Assembly (NCBI GenBank): GCA_965612745.1
Contig: CBFDTD010000004.1
Span: forward strand, 1,253 to 65,252
DNA length: 64,000 nt
Direction: 5' to 3'
DNA from: an uncultured bacterium
GTDB taxonomy: Bacteria > Chloroflexota > Anaerolineae > B4-G1
Under the pieces are notes generated by a model. It was not told the DNA's origin, did no database searches, and saw nothing but the letters and a program-made list of their open reading frames with translations. Shown piece by piece: positions 58,234 through 64,000 of the stretch (position 1 is the first letter of the stretch; the number at the start of each line of letters is the position of its first letter). Made by a program: the position numbers and the translations under genes.

Positions 58234-59290
58234 CGCCCTTCCTCTTGTAGAGAGCAAGGTAGGTATCGGCTACCTTTGCCCATGTTTGCTCCTTGGCCCA
58301 TTGATAGGCGTTCTCAATTAGCCATGCGGTTTGCTCAGGATGCCAGCGGTAATATGCCAATTTCTCTGCCAGTTCCTCGGCTGAGCCGGCAACGACCATC
58401 ATGCTCTCCGCTCCAGGCATCATGAGCAAATAATCCCGTTTGAGGGGATTGGAATAAATAGCGAAGACCAGCCTTTTATTGATCATCGCCTCAAGAATAG
58501 CTAGATAGCCTGAGACAAAGGCATAGCGGCCTCTCCTCAAATAATCTTGAGGGTTCTCTACGGAACCATGCAAATTAACATCCAATCCACTTTGTATAAC
58601 ACGCCTCTGGATTTCTGCTCGCAGTGCCCCATCACCGCAGAGTTCAAGCTTGAGATTGATACCGTGTTTAGCCTTTACAATCCGCATCGCATCAAGGTAT
58701 TCTAGCACCCCGGTATCCTCTTCCAAGCGCCCCACGAAAATGGCATCGCTTTTAACAGGTTGGTTAGAGGCTTCAATGGGCAAGTCGACACCACCATAGA
58801 TGACAAAGCTAGGCTTAGTGCCATACCACTTGCCAATGTAGTGGCCAATGCAGATATTCCCCCAGGCCAGCCTTTCCGCCAGCTTGCGGAACCATATCGT
58901 CTTTCTACGGAGAGGAAATTCCTCAAAGCCGTGAAAGGTGAGATATACCGGTTTCGCGAAGTAAATGAAGCGGAAAGGCAAATACCAAGCTATGAGAGTT
59001 CCTGAATCATGGCAATGTACAACATTGGCCTCAGCGATTAGGTCACGATGTCGCCATAGCCAAGACCAAATGGCAAGGCGGGTATTGCCCTCCGCGCCGC
59101 TTATGGACATCCGCCAGACATCCATGCCGTCCATGACCTCATGTTCGGCCAGGTCTGCACGATGCTGAGTGGTAATGATGGTCACTTGATGGTCGCGGGC
59201 CGTGAGTTCGCGCCCTACGTTGTAAACGTGGCGTTCTACGCCGCCGATATGGGGAAGGAAGACTGATACTAACGCCAGTATTCGCATCAC
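58226..59290 (-). CDS. GT4 glycosyltransferase
   Basis: GGVERH, FVGRL, YLAILEAM. Confidence 0.88.
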   Translation of the reverse strand: MMRILALVSVFLPHIGGVERHVYNVGRELTARDHQVTIITTQHRADLAEHEVMDGMDVWRMSISGAEGNTRLAIWSWLWRHRDLIAEANVVHCHDSGTLIAWYLPFRFIYFAKPVYLTFHGFEEFPLRRKTIWFRKLAERLAWGNICIGHYIGKWYGTKPSFVIYGGVDLPIEASNQPVKSDAIFVGRLEEDTGVLEYLDAMRIVKAKHGINLKLELCGDGALRAEIQRRVIQSGLDVNLHGSVENPQDYLRRGRYAFVSGYLAILEAMINKRLVFAIYSNPLKRDYLLMMPGAESMMVVAGSAEELAEKLAYYRWHPEQTAWLIENAYQWAKEQTWAKVADTYLALYKRKGDG

Positions 59291-61248
59291 GTTATGACTT
59301 CTTTAATGGCCACCACGAAGATCTGAGACTCACCCAGTAGCTTCAAGAACACACTATCCACAGTGGTAACTATAGGACACACCCATAAACGAACTAAGCG
59401 CAACAGCAGGTTCCCCGGCCGAGTAACATAGAGAAAGTTGCGCAATGCACCCTCGGTGCCCCAGGATTCCACCACCCGCAACCCTGCGGCCTCCACCTTA
59501 GTGGTCAGCTCGTCGCTGGTGTAGCGACGCAGATGACCCACTCGCTCGTCGAAAGCGTCGTGCCCGAAGAGACGCAGCCGCAGCCGGTGGACTGGGGCGT
59601 TGGCAGAGGGGACGGAGAGTATCACCACCCCTCCCGGACTCAGCAAGTCGTGAATTTTGGCCAGGGCGTGATAGTCATCAGGAAGGTGTTCAAGCACTTC
59701 GCTACAGAGGATCAAGTGGAAGGGACCTTCGAAAGTAGCAGATATGAAATCAACGGCCTCGAAGCACGTCCGATCAGCCAAGCCCAAGGACTGCGCGCTA
59801 GCCCGGCAGGACTGGATGGCCCGCTCCGAGATGTCGATACCGACAACCTGGTTGCCCTTGCTAGCCATGTAGAAGCTGAGAGCGCCGAGGCCGCAGCCGA
59901 TGTCCAAGACCCGCATCCCCGTGCCCAAGTAGCGGTCGAGGGCGGCTATCACTGCCCGATAGGTGAAGTTGTCCGGCCGGATCACTCGGGGTTGAAGAGA
60001 CGCTGCACTGTGAAACGCTTCGTAAAATGGCTCTTGGTTGGCCGGTCGTTGACCCCGACGAAGCACTTCGTACACTTCAGTGAAGCTTTCCCGTGAGCGA
60101 GCTTTCAGGTCTGAGACTGCAGCCTCGATCTCCAAAGCCACAGCCTCTCTGCACTCCCAGGTTTCTTGGATCAACTCGCACAGTCGGGGGACATCAAGGT
60201 CTGTGTCCTCTGTTAGCCTGCCGTCGCCGAGAGGGACGAATCGCTCCGTCCCTATGGCCCGCAGGAAGTCACGAGATTTGTGGTGGTAGGCGACCCCAAC
60301 ACAGGGCGTGCCGGCCGCTGCGGATAGGATCAATGCGTGCAACCTCATGCCTACCGTCAAGGTGGCTTGATCCAACAGTCCGATCACGTCGCGAGGCGAA
60401 AGCGCGCCGCCTACGACCTGCACCCGGCCGGCCATGTCGGGAGCGAGGCGAGAAGCAACCTCGGTGGAGAGAGGACCATCTACCGCTGGCTGCATGGGCA
60501 CGAAGACAACCCTGGCGTTTAACTGGCGGACGATGAACTCCGTCACCTGAACGAGATCCTCTTTGAGCTTCTCATAGCGGTGCAATTGCCCCGGCCACAA
60601 GCGTGGTTCGTGAAAGAAAGGCGCCACGCACATGGCCACCCAAGGGCCTTCGGCTGCATCTAACCCTTCCTCAGCTAACACTTCTGCCACCCGTTCTTCG
60701 CTGGCCCTTTCCACCAGTATGGCCGGGTCAGGCACCACGGCTATCGCCTTCCTGACCCCGCACCGCAGCAGCCACTCTTTCGAGGTCTCATCACGGACGC
60801 TCAGCAGGTCAAAGCCGTTCAAGACAGTGGAAGTGACCATCCGCCCCAGTCGGGTGGTGATAGGGCCCGCTCCTACCGCGTACAGCACGCGCTTCTTGCC
60901 TAGCAGCCCAGCCAACCAGGCCGGGTTGAGCCAGGTGAGGATCGCTTCCCGTTGCCAGTCGGCAAGGAACCCGCCACCGCCCAGGATAAAACCGTCTATG
61001 TCCCAGAGGGCCTTGAGGCTGGTGAGCAGGCGGCCCTCGAGCAACGAGCGAGCCAGCCACCGTACGCCGAAAGGCGGCATCCACACCGCAGGCAGGCCGT
61101 GCACCCTCTCCGTGTGTGCCGGGTTCTGAGAGAAGACCACGATCTCGACCTCGGGATCCAAGGCTCTTAGCCCTTTGACCATACCGGCCAGGATGGCCTC
61201 ATCACCGGAGTTACCCAGCCCATAGTAACCGCAGATTCCGATCTTCAT
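59287..61248 (-). CDS. Polysaccharide pyruvyltransferase (CsaB-like) fused to a class I SAM methyltransferase
   Basis: GYYGLGNSGDEAI, GGGG, SVRD, GMRLHA, then VLDIGCGLG...IDIS...SEVLEH. Confidence 0.85.
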   Translation of the reverse strand: MKIGICGYYGLGNSGDEAILAGMVKGLRALDPEVEIVVFSQNPAHTERVHGLPAVWMPPFGVRWLARSLLEGRLLTSLKALWDIDGFILGGGGFLADWQREAILTWLNPAWLAGLLGKKRVLYAVGAGPITTRLGRMVTSTVLNGFDLLSVRDETSKEWLLRCGVRKAIAVVPDPAILVERASEERVAEVLAEEGLDAAEGPWVAMCVAPFFHEPRLWPGQLHRYEKLKEDLVQVTEFIVRQLNARVVFVPMQPAVDGPLSTEVASRLAPDMAGRVQVVGGALSPRDVIGLLDQATLTVGMRLHALILSAAAGTPCVGVAYHHKSRDFLRAIGTERFVPLGDGRLTEDTDLDVPRLCELIQETWECREAVALEIEAAVSDLKARSRESFTEVYEVLRRGQRPANQEPFYEAFHSAASLQPRVIRPDNFTYRAVIAALDRYLGTGMRVLDIGCGLGALSFYMASKGNQVVGIDISERAIQSCRASAQSLGLADRTCFEAVDFISATFEGPFHLILCSEVLEHLPDDYHALAKIHDLLSPGGVVILSVPSANAPVHRLRLRLFGHDAFDERVGHLRRYTSDELTTKVEAAGLRVVESWGTEGALRNFLYVTRPGNLLLRLVRLWVCPIVTTVDSVFLKLLGESQIFVVAIKEVIT

Positions 61249-61258
61249 CTCCCTGTCT

Positions 61259-62575
61259 TCACTGTCTTATCTTGGCCTCATCCCCGCTTCCCGTCAACAA
61301 GGCCCGGTGAAAATGGAAGCCGAAGTATAGCACCGTGATCACTCGCACGCCCATCGTGGCCCAGGCCGCCCCGACACCGCCCCACCGAGGGACCAGCCAG
61401 AGATTGGCCAGGAAGTTGAAGGCTAGTTGCAGGGCGTTCAGCAACGTCAGCATCTGAGGTTTGTCCAGGGCATAGAACACCAGGCCAATGGGATTAGCCA
61501 CGATACTGATAGCGAACGCTGCCAGGAGAATGCGGAAGATGGGGATTGAAGCCACATATTCCGAACCGAAGATAAACGTGACCAGCGGGCCGGCGATCAG
61601 CAGGAGCAGGGGGAGCATGGCCAAGACAGGGACACCGAGCAGGAGCACCCGCCGCAGGTACCATCTGATCTCTTCTGAGCCGGTCAGGGCCGAGACTTTA
61701 GGAAACAGTACGGTGGTCAACGCTCCGGTGATGATGGGAAACACGAAGGCCAGTTTGTAGGCTGAGGAGTAGATGCCCACCTGCTCGCTGTCGGTCAGCC
61801 GTGTGAGCATGAAGACGTCCAGCCGATTAAAGAGGGTGACGCAGAGGATGGACAGCATGATCCATTTGCTGAAGCTCATGAGTTGCCCCGCCAGCGCCCG
61901 ATCACACGCCTGCCAGCGGAACGACCCACCTGGCAGCAGAAAGACGGCCACCAAGAAAGCCAACAGGGGTACGGTCACGTAAACCGTGAGCACACCCTCA
62001 AGTTGGAACCTGTCCAGCAGCAACAGCCCCAGCAAAGCGGCAATGCGCGCCAGCCCCTGCACGGCATTCACCGTCACCACCTGGCCGAAGAACTGGTATG
62101 ACTGCAACATGGCGAGCGCGACGCTGAACAGCGACGCTCCATAGATGCCACAGATGGCGATGCGCAGCGGTGTGGCGAGAGCCGGTTCCCTTAGAAGGTA
62201 CGCTGCCAACGGCCGAGCCAACAAGAAGACCAGCCCGAACGCCACGGAGCTAACCAGGAGCCTGATCTTCAAGGCGATGTTAAAGATCAAGGTGGCCTTG
62301 GCAAAATCCGCCTGGCCGATGTAAAGAGAAGCGAAGCGGATCAGCCCGGCGTTCATGCCCAAGTCAGACAGGTCCGTAGCTAGCGCCAACACAGCAGTGG
62401 CTGCGGAGAAGAGGCCAAAGGCGGCTGGCCCTAGCTGGCGAGAAACAAGGACAATGGCCACGAAACCCAGCGCGGCACTGAGCCCGTTGCCGAGCAGGAC
62501 GAAGGCGGTCTGCCGCATCGTCCTAGAGCGCAATACATCTGCTAGATTCTGCGCCAGGCTAAGGGTGCGCTTCAT
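61259..62575 (-). CDS. Wzx-type oligosaccharide flippase
   Basis: About 12 TM helices, [30 protein letters not shown]. Confidence 0.9.
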   Translation of the reverse strand: MKRTLSLAQNLADVLRSRTMRQTAFVLLGNGLSAALGFVAIVLVSRQLGPAAFGLFSAATAVLALATDLSDLGMNAGLIRFASLYIGQADFAKATLIFNIALKIRLLVSSVAFGLVFLLARPLAAYLLREPALATPLRIAICGIYGASLFSVALAMLQSYQFFGQVVTVNAVQGLARIAALLGLLLLDRFQLEGVLTVYVTVPLLAFLVAVFLLPGGSFRWQACDRALAGQLMSFSKWIMLSILCVTLFNRLDVFMLTRLTDSEQVGIYSSAYKLAFVFPIITGALTTVLFPKVSALTGSEEIRWYLRRVLLLGVPVLAMLPLLLLIAGPLVTFIFGSEYVASIPIFRILLAAFAISIVANPIGLVFYALDKPQMLTLLNALQLAFNFLANLWLVPRWGGVGAAWATMGVRVITVLYFGFHFHRALLTGSGDEAKIRQ

Positions 62576-63710
62576 TCTCTATTTCCACCTGCCCTCCGCC
62601 AGCCATATGCTGCCACAGAGCCGTGACGATGAGCTCACTGGCCCGGCCATCGCCGTAGGGGTTGCGGGCCTGGGCCATGCGGTCGTACTCCTCCGGGTCG
62701 TCCAACAGGCGCTCGGCCTCGGCCACGATATGCACTGTGTCCGTCCCCACCACCTTCAGCGTCCCCGCTTCCACCCCCTCCGGCCGCTCGGTAATGTTGC
62801 GCAGCACCAACACTGGCTTGCCCAAGGAGGGCGCTTCCTCTTGAATCCCACCGGAATCAGTCAGGATCAAATAGCACTTGTTCATCAACTGCACAAAGGG
62901 TTCGTAACCAAGCGGCTCCAAGAGATGTACCCGCTCTACCCCCGCCAGCTCCTTCCTGACCGTTTTCTGCACTTGGGGGTTTAGATGTACCGAGAAGACG
63001 ATCACCACTTCGGGATAGGCAGCGACAATCTGGCGAATGGCCCGGCAGATATTCCGCATCGGCTCGCCCCAGTTCTCGCGGCGGTGGGCAGTGACCAGGA
63101 TGACCTTATTAGCTGCGAAGTCAATCTGGCTCAGCACAGGATGGTCAAAAGCATAATCTTGCTTAACCACACTCAGCAAAGCATCGATGACCGTGTTGCC
63201 TGTCACGAAGATGCGTTCGTCAGGGATACCCTCTCGCAGCAGATTCTGGCGGGCTGTCTCAGTGGGGGCGAAATGCCAGTCAGCTATGTGGCTCACTAGG
63301 CGGCGGCTCATCTCCTCGGGGAAGGGCTGGTACTTATCGTAGGTACGCAGACCCGCCTCCACGTGGCCCACCGGGATCTTCAGATAAAAAGCCGCCAACG
63401 CCGCAGCCATTACGGTGGCAGTATCACCCTGCACCAGCACTAGGTCGGGCCTCTCCCCCTCCAACACCGGCTTCAAACCCATCAGAGCCCGGGTGGTAAC
63501 CTCGAAAGGGCTTTGCTCCGGACGCATGATGTCCAAGTCATAGTCTGGTATAATGTCGAATAAGTCCAGCACTTGGTCCAGCATCTCACGGTGCTGTGCC
63601 GTCACCGTCACCACTACTTGGAACTTGTCAGGATGCTTTTCTAGCTCCTTAATCACCGGCGCTAACTTGATGGCTTCAGGCCTGGTGCCGAAGACAATCA
63701 TAATCTTCAT
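62559..63710 (-). CDS. wecB: UDP-N-acetylglucosamine 2-epimerase (non-hydrolysing)
   Basis: [40 protein letters not shown]. Confidence 0.96.
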   Translation of the reverse strand: MKIMIVFGTRPEAIKLAPVIKELEKHPDKFQVVVTVTAQHREMLDQVLDLFDIIPDYDLDIMRPEQSPFEVTTRALMGLKPVLEGERPDLVLVQGDTATVMAAALAAFYLKIPVGHVEAGLRTYDKYQPFPEEMSRRLVSHIADWHFAPTETARQNLLREGIPDERIFVTGNTVIDALLSVVKQDYAFDHPVLSQIDFAANKVILVTAHRRENWGEPMRNICRAIRQIVAAYPEVVIVFSVHLNPQVQKTVRKELAGVERVHLLEPLGYEPFVQLMNKCYLILTDSGGIQEEAPSLGKPVLVLRNITERPEGVEAGTLKVVGTDTVHIVAEAERLLDDPEEYDRMAQARNPYGDGRASELIVTALWQHMAGGGQVEIENEAHP

Positions 63711-63779
63711 GAGCTACTCCAAGAGAGTTTAACTAAAACATCGCTTATCAACGAAGCGTAGCCTACCAACATCTTGGAC

Positions 63780-63998
63780 TCAGTTGAGCGGCGAGAAGAA
63801 GAACATAGCCAGGGCGAAGGTGCCGAAGGCCTCTGGGGCCAGCAGCCGGGTCAGAACCAGGTTGGCCAGGAAGCCAAAACCGATGTTGAAGTAGGAACTG
63901 GCGGCCACGAACAGACCCCCGCGCACCACCCGCTGGGAGAGGGTGTCCCCCGGCTCAAATAGCAGGTTTTTTGCCCTTTCCTTCACCCGTCCCATCAT
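63780..63998 (-). pseudogene. Truncated 5' fragment (72 aa) of a PST/Wzx-type flippase
   Basis: GDTLSQRVVRGG...LTRLLAPEAFGTFALA then TGA; wecB begins 70 nt later. Confidence 0.7.
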
Positions 63999-64000
63999 GA

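Noticed and set aside
63780-63782. Selenocysteine or stop read-through at the flippase TGA
   Set aside because: The frame after TGA does not continue as a flippase and closes again within about 20 codons.

Overview
GC-rich bacterial chromosome segment. Gene content, the extended L34 and the repeat style suggest Chloroflexota, probably Anaerolineae (inference). Left to right: (1) the 5' part of a 7TM-PAS-multi-GAF sensor running off the left edge; (2) a repeat-rich accessory patch with two small membrane genes and a nested miniature transposon; (3) a long minus-strand run GH127 - esterase - orphan ParA - GH1 - NUDIX/GNAT - rfbB - cupin - TtcA-like - argF - TPR - cdaA - cdaR - der; (4) a plus-strand run Rpn - yvcK - gap - MNT/HEPN - pgk - tpiA - membrane protein; (5) the rpmH-rnpA-yidD-[beta-propeller lipoprotein]-yidC-jag-pfkB-parA-parB cluster, with no dnaA beside it; (6) DUF554, a metallophosphoesterase, purB, a zinc-ribbon/cold-shock protein and a gyrA/parC-type subunit; (7) xdhC-MFS-hemW and a sucrose-phosphate-synthase-like glycosyltransferase; (8) a large surface-polysaccharide locus containing several pseudogene scars and toxin-antitoxin-like inserts. 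I found no rRNA, tRNA or CRISPR. The best candidate for an undescribed system is the orphan ParA whose overlapping downstream GH1 glycosidase carries a 56-aa N-terminal extension resembling a ParA adaptor, plus a second internal ribosome-binding site. Also notable are an Rpn gene with an internal RBS and start, and layered REP/MITE/heptamer repeats that nest in each other and enter coding sequences. All family calls come from motif recognition, not database searches.
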